Below are positions 35,909-49,718 of a stretch of 64,000 bases of DNA, piece by piece (positions within the stretch are counted from its first letter, which is position 1; every line of letters begins with the position of its first letter). The notes beneath the pieces were generated by a model, which did no database searches, was not told the origin of the DNA, and saw only the letters and a program-made list of their open reading frames with translations. Origin of the DNA: Takakia lepidozioides (lineage: Eukaryota; Plantae; Bryophyta); contig CM060733.1 of assembly GCA_030704615.1 (NCBI GenBank), positions 7,006,001-7,070,000 of the forward strand, given 5' to 3'. Position numbers and translations under genes: made by a program.

Positions 35909-37165
35909 GTCGACTCCCTTTTGAAATGCTCACGATCTCTACACCGAATCAAGGCCCGCACAATCACTCGCTTCACAAACCCTAGCTCTTCTTCTGTGTG
36001 AGACTCCGTTGTTGTGACAAGTTGAATGTGGATGGATGCACGCATGTCATGCGCATGCATGGTGCATCTACCAATGCACATCACATCCGCCCATACATAT
36101 CCTTCTTGGTGTGATATGGCTTTAGGGTTTCAGTCCGTGTTGAGGAGGCCCACATAGCGAGTTAGAGAACTGCAAGTGTCTTTTCCTATATTTGGCTTGT
36201 CGCTGGTGAGTTCACTGGAAGCCTTGTATTGATGAATGCAGAGATGGTATCTCGAGAAAACAGCCGCAGGAAAGCTAATTTCGGGTGCTGGTTTGGTGGG
36301 TTTAGAGGTACAGCTTTAGCTAAAATTTTACAGACCTGAATCGAGTGGGTAGTCTCCGTGTATTCGCTTGGAACATGAGAAAGACATAAGGAAAACTGCT
36401 GGATGTAAGGTTAGCTTGCCGTGGATGTACAAGTCTTCGGAGCTTTCTGGTTGCTCTGATTACTTGCACCAGTATGCTGCTTATCCTCACTGTGGAGAGC
36501 AGCGCTGCCGGAATTGTGGGGGTTTTAACCTTGTTAGAAACGACATCGTATGTGTTACTTGTGGGAAGCCTCTCGTAAAGGGTGATCTGCAGAGTGGCCA
36601 TAATCTAAAAAGTTCGGGACTGGTTTCTCTATGTTGAAAGCCAAACTTGTGATAGACCTGCGGATATACATTCCCTGCATAAGGGGGAGGGGAGAACCAC
36701 TCGCGCACATCGTCCCACAAATTGCAGTACTCGTGTTGCATGGATCGGCCTCTCTACCATCCTTTAATATGCTTTTCTGCATAAGGATCATTGAGGAATG
36801 AACTGAGAGGGTCAATCACTTGAGCGACTACCAGATAGTGGGACGTGTGGAAGGCGAAGCTCCATGGACTGGACAAGCAACATATGCAAGAATTGGAAAC
36901 TTCAACCTCAAACTCCAACTAAACGCCCAAGCAGCTCAATTTCTTCCGAGTTCTGCGTGTACTCTAAGGCCAGTATCTCTTCTCTGGATGTCTTCGCAGA
37001 GTTCTGTTTTGGTCTTTTCCTTGAAAAGGCCCAACAAAAGTTGCCATCGAGTTTATTTGAACAACGTGTTGCTATCACCACCATGCCAATTGTTTATAAA
37101 CAAAGCAAGCTTCCAGGTACCCAGTAGCCTAAAATACATATCTACTTGGAGAATACAATCTAATG

Positions 37166-39393
37166 TTATGAAGCAAGGGGGTCCTCATAGCACTCGGTTT
37201 TATCTACACCCTCATAACCCTCCTCTGATCGTTGATCCATATGCCTTTGAAGGCCCACATCAATGCCCTGGCACTGGTTCCCAGTCAAGCCAGAGAGGAC
37301 ACTGAGGGCAGCCTGGTCTTGTCTATGGTTGTAGCGGTCGGACCCATCAGGCGCTATGCATTGCCTGGTCATAGAGCACTCATACCATGGCCTCCCAATC
37401 TCACTATACTTCTTTAGAGTAAATCCAATGACCGATGCATCACAATTCGGTCCTTTCCTAATATCACTAGTGTTGGCTCGCATGTACTTGAGCTGGCCAG
37501 GGTGAGTCCATGTTTCTACATCACCCTCCGAATATCTGGACGCAAACCCAGCATCTGAGATCCGGTCCAGACTGTTTGCCAATGCATCAGGGGTGAGAAT
37601 CCGCCCGCCTCCATCCATCCATAACACAAAGCCTCGCTCCTGTAGCACCTTGTTTATCAATATTGCCTTCCAGGCATATTCCCCTGAAATCAATCACAAA
37701 GACGGTTTAGTTTGAGGCAGGGAATGACCCCATGAGTACAGAAGTAAAGGAAGACAGAAAGGTCCTAATTCCTAACCTTATGACGTTAAAGGGGGTCATG
37801 AGGGTGCATGGGAGAGGGTGGAACAAAGATTTCAGGTGATGCCCTCGGACGGAAGGGCCTAAGCAGGATCTGGAGACCTTACCTTTGCCCCCATCGTGAA
37901 ATTTGATCAAACTTGCATTGATGCGCATCCACACAGGGTACGCAGAGAAATCGAATCGGCGAAACTCGACAGGAACATGATAAACTTCATTGATTTCCCG
38001 GATCACACAATTTATGTGCTGGGTCTCAGCTTCGTTGAAATCCTCCAAAGCCCAAACAACGAGTGAAACATTGTATCTTTGTCGCAGCGTTTTGTCGCTT
38101 GCTACCTTCCCTACGTTTCTGAGGAGAAGGAGAGCCACTTTGAGATGGTTTCTGCTGAAACCTGTTACTACCGTCGGTCGCCATGTGGAAAGCGATGGGG
38201 CCTGCGCAGCTGGGTCATCGGCGTCTAGATCCACGAGTTGGAGATTCTCCCAAGACATTTTGTTTTCCCATTCTAAGCTGGGCTGTTGTATATGTTTTGT
38301 TGTCACCCCCACAATCAGAGTTCTGCATTTCATCTGTAGACAGCAGATTAGAACCCACCATACTGACTACTGCACTCAAGAACCACATCATCGTGCTCAC
38401 AGTTGAATTGATCGACATTCAGTGCCTTTGATCAATACCTTCAGCGCACTGCCAGCCAGGGAAAATTGCAATCGCTCGTGTTGGAAGAAATTTAAAACAA
38501 GAGCTGTGCTTTCAACATGTTGAATCCTGCAGTAGTTTGACTCATGTAGCTGCACTAAATAACACAACCACTCTAGCAATTTGTAATATTAGTCGATTGA
38601 TACCGATTACCAACTGTGCTTGCAAATGATCTCATTGGATGTTTCCAGCCGCACTAGCTGAAAGATATATCTGAACATTGGGACATCTAGAGAGCGCCGT
38701 ACGTAGGATTTTTAAACTTGTGGGTATGCCTGTAGAGCTCTCTTCTATCTAGAGTTACTCCTTAGAGCTTCCTCAGTTTTGAGGTGGTCAGTAGGAAGAG
38801 AAGGTTACCTGCGTCTCCGAGTCAGAAACATGTTGAAAGCTTCGGCACTCTGCAGATGGGCCGAGTGCATCCCTTACCATATTGCATACAAATGAGGTGT
38901 AGTCGACCCCTACTAAAACTCCTGGCACATCAGGTTCTACATCAACATCCCTCCCTGCCACCCGTAACACTGCCTCGAACAGTCTGTGAAGAACGTTGAA
39001 AGGAAGGGCTGTTGCGTTTGGCGAGCTGGTATCATCTCCGATTGCCACCAACAGACAGACCTCATATGAATTTGTAGTAGAATTCACGTTAAAATTGGAC
39101 ACTGGAAACTTCCGGAGTGGTTCCAGCTTGTTGGGAGAGGGTAAGATTTCCGTCTGCAAGGATATATTATGTTCTCTTGATGGCAGAGATGGAATTAAAG
39201 ATGTCTCATTCGAGCAACATGTAAGACTTTCGCGTAACAAAAGAAACGGTCCAGAAGGAAAATTTAGTTGTCTGGAGAAGTCCACTCCACTACAAGTAAG
39301 AAGTGCTACAGCTGATCCCACGATCAAAACTATGGAAACCCGAAAGAAAATGGACGGGGTCTTCAAGAACTTCGTGGCGATGATGGAATTCAT
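37166..39393 (-). CDS. DUF1647-like putative glycosyltransferase-fold type II membrane protein, about 517 aa; exons 39393-38809, 38333-37883 and 37683-37166
   Basis: N-terminal TM (VSIVLIVGSAVALL), VVTGFSRNH, EFRRFDFSAYP, GEYAWK.ILI, VLWMDGG, PWYECS..RQCIAPDGS...NHRQDQAALS; introns are GT-AG and phase-consistent. Confidence 0.8.
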
Positions 39394-40831
39394 GGTGGAA
39401 CCCAAGTGTACCAGTTGGTGTATCTGCCTCTATTGACCGTCTGGAACTTACTTGCTTGTTTTACTTAAGGTCATACATCCAGCCTCATAAGACAGCTTCC
39501 TCCGTTGCGGTCCACAATGGAATACCTGAGCCAGAACGCACTGATCAGTAGTTCGAAACGTGTCCTTCCGCCTCCTCCCTTTAGCTCGACACACGACGAC
39601 TCTCACCCCAGCTGGATTCAGATGCTCAAATGTTCACATTTCCAGCAGATTTCTTGAGGTTTGACCAAACATTGTACAATATACATCAATTGAAGTCCTT
39701 CAACCCCATGAACTCGATCTCACAGCACTAATGATCACTGCAGTTTCATGCAGCCCAATATTGCAAGTGCTCGCCCAACACTCACCATCTGATCTTTCCC
39801 AAATTGGGTTGCAGGTAGGCATCGATCCAGCATTTCACACAATGCATGTGTCTGTTTCCCTCGAACCTCCGAATCACAACGTGCAGCCCAGGAGATCGAG
39901 CACTGCGCGGCAATGTGGGTCGAGAGGACGGAACGGCTTACATGTATATTAACATACAAAGTAAATGGCCATAAGTGTCACGTTGGAGTCGGACTATAAA
40001 AGTTGAGAAGGCTATATAAAATTGTAGCGCTGGCGTGCATTCACGTCTTGTATTCATGTCTTCACACTTTTATTGGAGATTCCATCCTCTCACTTTGACA
40101 CAGCAAGTATTTGTTTTCATGTTGAACGAAAAGTTGTTTCTGGATGAACTTGAGTTAAGCCATAGTTTACAGTTAGTGAGTGAGCCATATAGTTGATTGA
40201 ATTTTTTCTTTTGCAATGGAGAGCCAAGGTAAAAGTAACAAGGAAAGAATGACCACAGATGCAAGCTTACACACTCCAGTAAGCACCCAAAGAAAGCTTC
40301 AACCATCGTTGAAACTTTCTTTCACAAATCAAAGCCTTCATAATCTATACTTTTTCAATGGTCATAACTTTCCCATGCCGCCATACACATGGAATACATA
40401 TACCCATGCTTACAATATGGGTCGCTATTTGATACACCGCATAGGGAAGGATAAATCTACAAACTAGGTAGATCATCCGGCTAAATGTAGTGACCGGTAT
40501 AGGTCTTCCAGATACTCTATCATGGTATCAGATGTCAACCAGTTCCCTGATACCCTGAGCGTATATCAGGGTGAAACATATACCCACACAACACTGGTCT
40601 TGTCATCTCCCACCACAAGGTGAACTGATGGGTTGCCTCATTTCTAGATGGTTTTCAGGGTGAAGTGGGGGTTTGATAGGAAGTGCTGGAGTGGAAATTA
40701 TCATCAGGTCTTGCACATGTTTTACTGCTACTGTATCGAAGGATGACCCCCTGGTGAATCATCAACAACCGGGTTGAGAATTTGGGCTCTCCTGTTGCGT
40801 TGGTTTTATTGATGTGGATAGGCCTAAAGAT

Positions 40832-43777
40832 CTAAAGAGAAGATTGCTCCTTTTGCTCAACCCCATCCCTACCATCTTGGAGACGCTTGGCCATTGAGTA
40901 CAGGTTTGCATGCACTTCGTCGAAGTGTGGGTTGGTGGCCTGCGCCACTGTATCCATCCATGTTGTGATTTTCTCCCTAGATCCAAGCAGATCTTCCTGT
41001 TCCTTCCTATTGAGCCACTGCGCACCCAAAACCCACGTCAAGAACTGTGAACGACTTTCCTCTTGGATGCCAAATACAGCCTCCAGGAGCAGGTTACATA
41101 TTCTTGTGAGTATCAAGGAGCCTCCATACAAAAGCATTAAATAGCCACAAATGAAGCATTGATCTTACCTTGGTTGAAAGAGTCCAAAAAAGCATCAAAA
41201 TATAAAATATACAAACAAAAGACAGACGAGAAAACCGAGAGGACAGAGGTGAGAAAGGAGAAGAAATGGCAAGCACGTGAAGAGAAGAAGACAAGCCCCG
41301 TAGAGGCAAGAGACAAATGTTTGGAAGAATCTGTGGCAACCCTACCTATAATTTTTTCTTGTCAGCCAGAGAGAAGTGTTTAATTACAAATTGCAGTGGG
41401 AGTTGGATAATGAATGAGCAAAGGCCTGCTGGTGACTGAGATTATGGCCTTACCTGCAGTTTGCTTATGGTACTCGTATCTGGTCACTTGATGGTCAGCA
41501 CTCATGCATACTTTTGCTTTTCAGACAATCTTGCATGCCCGGTAAACAGAGAGTTTGAGGATGTATCAGTACCAGCAGTTGCTTGATCTCGCAGACAAGA
41601 CTCAAATCAGCTATGGACACCTCCTCTCCATTCTCCAGGAATTTGCCAGGTCCCTGTAGGAGCGTTGTCTCCAGCTGGTCAAGGGCCTGCTTCAGCGATT
41701 CCTCGCATTCTGCCGCCACCTTTTCATTTGCCTCAGGATAAACTTCCGTGCCCAAACCAAACTTGGCAATCACACGGTGTACTACCAGTAAAACTGCAAA
41801 ACCCCCACCAGCCTACAAAGTGAGGTCCAATTTCAAACCCCACGAGTAAAGACAATCACGCAAGTAAGAAATACACAGATACCACAATTGTACTACATTA
41901 TATTGCACATTGTTGAACAATGGAGTTCTAAATCAAATCGGAAATTTTAATCTTTTCAGTCAGTCTGAAGTGAACCATTCAAAAGAGACCTTGAGGATAC
42001 AGTCACAAGAATCTGTCAGGTGACATTGTACAAGCATGCCATAGGGAGAAGCAGATGGGTGTCAAGTAATAGCTGTCTCATACATGCATTTCGACGGAGA
42101 TTTAAGTGATGCCAATCTAGAACACTATCAATAAGTGCCCGTCTTTTCGGATCTTTTGGGTACCTGAAACCCTCATTCCCTCCCCTACATGTAATTAAAA
42201 GTATTCTTCAAGCAACAATGGAGAGTGACATCTACTACACACCAGTTTTGGATCTTACAAGGCAGCCCAATCATGTCCTGCTGCCACTGTAAGGCAATTC
42301 CTGGCATGAACAGAGTGCATAATTTTAGGATATGTGAAGAAACCCTAGCAGTGCATACTTCGATCCATAAAGAAAAAGTGGGACACCATTTAACCTTGAA
42401 TGGCAGGGCGCAAGCCTCCGAATCCATTCTTTAGTAGCCTAGGGTTGGTTTGTCAGTGACTAAGGGATCTTCCATCACCACAATGTTCAGAGTTCAACTT
42501 TCAGTTTGGCTCACCAATGGTCAGCTACATTGCGTGTCGTTGCCAAATATCGCAGAATGGCATGGCTGCACAACACATAAGACATCATAAGATGCTCAGT
42601 AATGTCACTTATGGTATCCCTTGAAGGTCCTCAATAAACATCACCATCAGGACTTGAAGATCTTTACTTGGATTGCAGAAGAAATAAGAAATAACGAACT
42701 TCAAACTTGAAACAGAGCTTACCTCTCAGAAAGCTTGAAACCGCCATCGTCAATGCTGGGAACCTTACCCATGGGGTTGATTTCTACCACCACCAAGCAG
42801 GCACTGTTAGCACGTAAGTTATTACGCACCAGTCCAGCTGACTCGGACAATATAACGTATCACAATAAAAGCTTAAACTCAAGACAGAACAAGAAATCAG
42901 ACCATAAAATTAGGGAAGTCAGAAACGTCAAGGAGTGAGGCCGAGACATCCATTACTGCACCTGTAATCTTGTCACCGCATGGTTGTCAAGAGTATGGCA
43001 TAGGCCTCTACTACCACGTTAAAGTTCCTTATGAACACTGTGATAGGCAGAGACTACTCATGCACAGTGACCAGAGAGTCTAACATGGTAAGATACTGTA
43101 CTACGCTCCTGACAGCCATTATGAAACATTTAGATTCTTCACATCATCCCCACCAGTATCAAAATATAAGAAGACAGGGAGCAGAGCCGGTATACTCACT
43201 CCTGTACTCAGCTGTTCTCGTTTCCCCTTTAGCAACTTCGACCTTCACTTCTTGAGCCTCAATCTTGTTGACCCTGCCAAGGCCAACCCTCCCATCAGGA
43301 CGAAATGATTGTCCTCCTCCTTCAATGCTACACTCAAGTCCACCACTAAACAGACTTCAATGAATCAAATGCGTGAACTTCACCTGTACAGACTTACGTA
43401 CTCAGCTCTTGCTTGGTTTTCCAGCAAATTTGGAGGTCAAATTATCACCGTGAAGCTTCAAATGAGAAATATGTCCTACTTACTTCAAGGGGTATAGCTT
43501 GAATACCTTGGCAACAACATAGTAACGGCATTATTTGGTAACTTGCAGGTTCTAAATTCTGTCAAGATTTCTCATGGGATCACTTAGATGGAAGATTACG
43601 CCGTGCGAATCCACCGCAAGATTGATGATCGAGGAGAGTAGACATGAGGAGGATAGAGACCCAGAGAAATCTAGAAAAGTAGGCTAATTACCTGCAGAAG
43701 ATGACAATGGCTCGAGCGGGCTGCGACAGCAGATCCACGTACAGCTTCAATTTGCTGCCTGCCGCCTCCTCCGCCAT
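40832..43777 (-). CDS. GSTT: Glutathione S-transferase theta class, 252 aa; exons 43777-43692, 43273-43200, 42783-42723, 42565-42515, 42163-42084, 41793-41573 and 41017-40832
   Basis: LKLYVDLLSQPARAIVIFC, INPMGKVP.IDDGGFKLSESHAILRYLA, DHWYP.D...RA.IDSVLDWHH.NLRR, SIADLSLVCEI.QL, PHFDEVH; C-terminal SSL resembles PTS1; all phases are consistent. Confidence 0.95.
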
Positions 43778-43945
43778 CGTGAAGAGACTCCTACCTCCAC
43801 AAGCTCTCTTTCTCGCTCTCGGACCTCCGTCTCCTCCCTCTCAAACTCTCTCTGATTCCGGACGCCTCTACGACCGTGTGACTACTGGACGTAGATAAAT
43901 CTACCTTCTCAAGCTCTCCCTTTCCGTCTCTATCTACACATATAT

Positions 43946-43990
43946 GTCAATGGCAACAAGGCTACGGCAAACAACGTCTTCTGAGTACAT
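43946..43990 (+). mobile_element. 45-bp 3' tip of the LINE family upstream of GST-theta
   Basis: GTCAATGGCAACAAGGCTACGGCAAACAACGTCTTCTGAGTACAT is nearly identical to 23013-23057; flanked by TCTACACAT(A/TG)TATG. Confidence 0.85.
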
Positions 43991-44928
43991 TCTACACATT
44001 GTATGTGTAATCTACTAATTATTACAAATAAGGGCCCCAGTTTGTGTGGGCAGACAACATCTGTGTATCTAATTCACAAACTAGGCAGGAAAGCCGTCAT
44101 GTAGTTGCTCAGCTCGTAAGGAACTGATTGCTGTCGTCACTCCGACTGATGAGACCAGGAACCCACCATGCTGCATCAGCGGCGCGCAATCCCCCAGCGC
44201 TTCCTTCGATCACTAAGTCGTTTGACAGGTGGCGGCGCCCATCAGCCAGCCGCCCACGCCCCTTCTTCTCTGCAAGGTGGCCTGCCCATCTGTGCACAAG
44301 AAAATCTGTATGGTACTAGAGGCCCGGTGAAAGGAAAGACGATGACCCAGGATTCAGGAGCAGGGGCTAATAACCTTGAGACATGTTATGTTTTCACTCA
44401 TCATCGTGCCTCAGACTTCCATGAACAGCCACTTTGAACGTGGCTCCCATCGAATTTCAGGAACCATAGCCTGTGGGAGCCACACTCTTGATACAGGAAA
44501 TTAGGCCTAGTTGGCTTGGCAGACTTGCCCTTCATGCCGATATCGCTCAGGACTGTACAGGTTTTCATAAGTATATTGTGCAGGTGTTACGTACTGTGTC
44601 TCTATCGAAGTTGACCTTTCTTAGGAATGCCTTCCTCTCGGTGCAGGCCCAGTGTATTAGTACCGAATGCTCATAGGAGGAAACTGGACCAAAGGCATGG
44701 TAGATGTAGTATTGATTTGCCATGGAGGACTGAAGAAGGTGCGTGGTGTTTCTGTAGTTGAAATTCTTCCTTCTACCCTGATAATTTAGGGTCTGAATTG
44801 AGTTGGCTGGCAACGGGAATACAGGTGTCTCTGGAGCTGGAAGGAAACGTGCTTTGCATTATCTTTGATGACGCCAAATTTGGAGGTGGCATGTAGTTCC
44901 TTGGAAACCCAATTTCATTTATGTTTCT

Positions 44929-45734
44929 CACTATGGCAAAAAGAGAAGGGGGGGGGGGGGGGCTTTTTTTTTTTTTTCGGGGCGACGCGAGCCGCGGCCC
45001 CACGCCCCGCGCTACATCGAGCTCGCGGCACTTTTTAGTGACGTCCGGGCGTCGCAATCCCCCGTTCTGACAACATTGCGACGCCCCGTCGTCGCAAGGT
45101 GGCATGAAGGGGGAAGGAGGGCCCTCGCTGCGACGGATTGTTTTTCTTGCGATGCAATCCAACAATTTTTTTTAAAAATTTTTGGACGTTGCGACGTCAA
45201 GCGTCACTGAGGGCGCCCAACGCCTCTGCGACGCTAGGCCGTCGCAACAGCATCACCAAAATGAGAGTTTGTTTTTTTTTTTTTTTGGGGTTGCGGCCCT
45301 CAACTTCATAAAAGCATCGGTGGGGGCGCCCTGCGTTGGGACGGCCAATGCTACGACGCGAGTGGGTCGCAATGGTGTTATAGTAAGTAAGCTTAGGTCA
45401 TCATAAAGACGTCGCTTGGGGCGCCTGGCGGTGGGGGGTGCAACAACGACGACAACGACACTGGGGCTGGGCACTAAGGCTGTGGAGGTTGCAACTCACA
45501 GGCGTCACAAAAGGGATTCCCTTAGAAAGAACTTGAAAAAAATCTTCATATATATATATATATTTAGATTGGTTTTATGATACACAGATGTAATATAGAT
45601 CTGCTAGTTAATCTATAATGCCTTAAAAAATGTTATAATGTGAAGATCTTAGGTTCAAGTATGCATTGCATGATATATTTAGAACAATGAACATATCGCC
45701 ATTACATAGAACCGGAGTCAATGATCAACAAGTT

Positions 45735-45765
<31 letters not shown>

Positions 45766-46005
45766 TTGAATCCCCCTTATATTGCGACGTTCGGGCGTCG
45801 CACTTTGCGACCCTCGGACGGTGCTAATTCTGCAATGCTAGGTAAGTTTTTTTTTTTTTTACAACGTTCGGACATCGCAAATCGCGGTTTCGTCTTTTTG
45901 GGACCCCATTGGTCGCAAATTTGCGACGGGCTTAAATTTGGTTCTTGCCCCCTGTTTTACGACGCCGTGACGTGGCTGCGGCGTCGAAGTCCAATCTGCC
46001 TAGTG
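44929..46005. mobile_element. Non-autonomous CACTA-like element
   Basis: CACTA(T)GGCA...TGCCTAGTG termini and dense GCGAC/GTCGC subterminal repeats; the 3-bp TSD does not match (TCT/GAT). Confidence 0.55.
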
Positions 46006-49000
46006 GATAACAGAGCTGGCAAATACATAGTGCCAAACCAAAGAGTTGTAACTGCACACATTTCTCGGGACATTTTGCCCAAGTAACAACGGCTACTGCA
46101 GTTTTCCAATGTAATTAGGTGCCGTACACAGGCTTGGCATTTTGCATAGGATCGCGGAGATGACTGAAGGAACTCGTGAAAGACACCCTATTTCTCAGGG
46201 GCAGCCAAAAGTTGAGAGGAGAAGACTTAATATAGATGTTGGTGGTGGCGCACAACCATCTCCTTCTATGACAAACCTAATGGCAGACAGCTCTTCGCGT
46301 GTTTCTTCAGTTTTTTCCACAGGTGCAGCAGTTTCTAGTCATGATCTTGTTGGGAAGGAGAACCTGGCTCTTGGGACGGAGGCACAAGCATATCTTTACT
46401 AATGGCCACTAAGTGATGCACTATGAAGGGGTGAACACAAAGGGTATCCGTGAAATCGGTCTTGCATTTTCAACAGTCGGTATAGAAGAGAAGGAAAGAG
46501 AGGGGGGTGGCCGAGCTCTGGGACCAATTCTGAAGTGCCAGGGTAAGGGAGGATGTTTGGGATAGCTGAGTAGTAGGTGCGCACCTTATGTTGTGAAGTT
46601 AGTTCATGAAGCTTCAGGATTAAACACGTTGGTTCACCAGCCTCACAGAAAGACAGTGTGATGGGGGATGCTCTGCACAAGGGCACAAATTTTAGGCCTT
46701 GAATCCAGCCTACTTTGCTTCTCTCAACTTGGTAGTGAGTAGTGTAAGCATTTGAAATCCTTTTCTGTGAGCCAGTGTGTTTCCTACTCCCCTCACATCA
46801 TTGCTGTGATAAAGAGCTTCAGAAAACCTGCGACCAGATTTACTAGGCCCCTTCAACAGCACTGCATTCTCCTCTCCTTTTGTACCCCTTCCCCTTTCTC
46901 TCATCCTCTGCTCCATGACAGGACCTGTCAGCAGAAGGGAAGCAAAGCAGCCATAAACATATTGCCAGAAGCCCTAACCCTTCATCATCTTCCAACACCC
47001 CAAGCAAGTCACAGCTTTTCGCATTTTCTCAAGCTTGTTTAATAGAGGGACAAGGGCAGTAGTGAGTTCTATTCCATGCCTCTCGTTAGGACTCATGCTT
47101 CGACTAGCCTGTTTGCCATCTCTAGAGTAGACGCCCTCAAGCCCCCTCAGTACCACATCTTCATCACAGACTCGGAGTAAATTTGTGCCAAGCCTCTGCT
47201 TATGACGAAGCAGCCTTTTGACAAAAGATAAACAAAGGGACTTCACTCTAGGGTTTTGGATGAGGCCAGCCCAGGGCTTCAAGTTTGTCTTTTGATGAAG
47301 ATTCACATTTCCACAAACCTTTGAGCAATTTATATGCTGCAAAGTTTGGTTGGCTGATACTCTCAAAACTGGACTGAGAACATGGTAGCCTGCAGCCTGG
47401 TAATGTCAGGTTCAGTAGTTAGATTAAACTTGTCTCTCTACCCCTGAATTCATGAATCACTGAATGTCTAAGTTAGCACCCGAACTGTGGTAAGGGTGTG
47501 AAGCTTCTTATCACCACTTCCTGTGTGTTGACAATTAATCAGACCTCTCCTCTTCGTGATGCTATGTGACTTCTAAAACCCTCAGCTACGTCAGAAGACA
47601 ATACCAAGCTACATCGGAAACTCAGTTGTAACCACCAATCAGGGTCTACACAAAATACATTCCAGCATCAACACTTTCCATAATGGACTAGTATCATTTC
47701 CATGTCTCTAGGATTTCTCTGTCTCATGAATACCCTTCCTGAAGATTGTAAACACTTTCGGGAAAGTCATCGACGTGCGCTACACAAAACTCACCCACCC
47801 GGAACAAGGAAGAACAAATGTCCATGCATAGGTGGTAGTATACGACGTGAATAACGTTTCCGGTTGAAGCCATGTTACCAAGTATCAAAAACCAAAACCA
47901 TACGAACGACTGAGGCAAAACAGGGGCCACCGTGTTCACAAATCCCGCCCTGAAGGCTACCAGCCAAATAAGAAATTCTAGCCTTCTTCACAGCTCTGAC
48001 TAGAGGCGGCACTTTCAGAAAACCTCTTTCCCATACGCAGGGAACAAGCGTGGCAGCGGAATACGTCATGTTCGTGCCCAAACCCATCTCAAAGGAAAAC
48101 ACCAGACCCCGGTATCGTCCAGCACTGCTTGCAGCCACCTCAGACTGCCATCAAATCACCGAAGTTGCGCATGAGGAAAACCGCCCCTGCAAAAAGCGCC
48201 CCTGCTCGCAGCAACCTCAAGTGCGCAGCCAGCTTCTCCTCATCTCCGATCTCCGCTGCCCACTGCTTCTTCAATTTCTGAAAGGCAGTCGCAGCCATGC
48301 CTGCCGGATTGCACCAACTCCCTCTTCGTCTTCCTGCTTGCGCCGCAGCCTCCCCTCTTCCTCCCTTCCCTCTCTCTCGTCTCTCTCCCCTCCCCTCTCA
48401 GACCGACCGTGCCTCCGCACCGTCCGTCCGACCTCAACGATACCGTCCAGTTTCCGCCGAGAGAGCCATGTTCTCGTTCGTCAACTGAGGCCACAATTAC
48501 GTGACCTCTAAGACTGGGCCAGCGGCGTGGCGGCCAATGACGGTGCCTGGACCCCTGCAAGTTTGGCCGCCACGCCCCCTTTCACCCCCTCACCCACCTC
48601 TCGGCGCACTCCATGTGTCCGAGAATTTTTCTCTGACACCATTTGACTACTACGCCCCCGTAATTTAAAATTGACCTCCAAAAGTTAATATGTTACCTAC
48701 CGCGCGCACTGTTTGCCCCCTACGTGGTTCGGGGCTCAAATCCTTCTACCTTGTCATGTGTGCTATGACATGGCTCATAAGGGTTATTGTTCCCCTCCTT
48801 ATATATCTCTAAATATATTGGAAGCTGCACTGAGCAGCGGCCCGCCGGGCCCGCGCCACTGCGCCACTGTGCATGTATATATATAATTAGGTTAATTTAT
48901 TTAAAAAAAATCGCAAGCCTCGCGAGAAACGTAAGTTGCATGCTACCGCAGGATGGATGGATGGATGAATTGGATGGATGAATTCTAGTTGTTGATGACT

Positions 49001-49718
49001 CAGTTTACATTTATGATCCTACGTATAAAGTAGAGCAGGTACCATGCTTATACGGATATGTATACGCAGTAGTCAAACGTTTACATTTTACATAGCGGTT
49101 ACACGATTTTCTCAGCTTCGGCATCCCTAACTTCAGGTCTGGCAGGGGAACCGAGCCTATACCGAGCCTGAAGCTGAGCATGAGTGGTAGGTCTCGTGGT
49201 TAGGAAGCGGTTAAGGCGGGGTGCAGTTACCACGAGGATAGTTACCAGGGATAGTTTATCTCCGAAAAACCCTGTCTTCCTCGTCTTCTCGCTCTTCTTC
49301 TGTCTCCGTCTCTGTAAGTAATCTTGCGGTGTTGGATTGTACAGAAAGAGAGAGATCCAAGAGGGAATGTGGCTTCAAAGTGCGTTGGGAGATATGTATC
49401 ATTCTTTCTCTGTGCGTGGTATGGTTTGGGGGATGGTTTCTTTTGCATTTGTACATGCTTCTCCCAAAACCCTGCGCTCTATTTCTGTGGCGGATTCTTA
49501 CAGATTAGTAACAATTTGTTGAGGTGTTTGAATCTGTGGTTTGCAGAGGTGCTTCCTGCTGGAAATTCATGAAGGATCTGGAAAGAAGGGATTTTGTAGA
49601 AGCCGTGACATTCTTTAATCAACTCTAGTATGCACCTTAATCTTATTATTGTGTCTGCGGAGGGTAAGAGATAGAATTTTGGCTTCTCTCTCGCTCTCTG
49701 GCGGTGGGTAGGTTGCAG

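Noticed and set aside
40521-40533. CATGGTATCAGA, a tRNA-Met PBS-like motif
   Set aside because: No associated LTR pair or coding domains could be found.
46140-48560. Short ORFs with coding-like composition (possible decayed L1 ORF1 or other TE)
   Set aside because: No diagnostic motif could be recognised with confidence.
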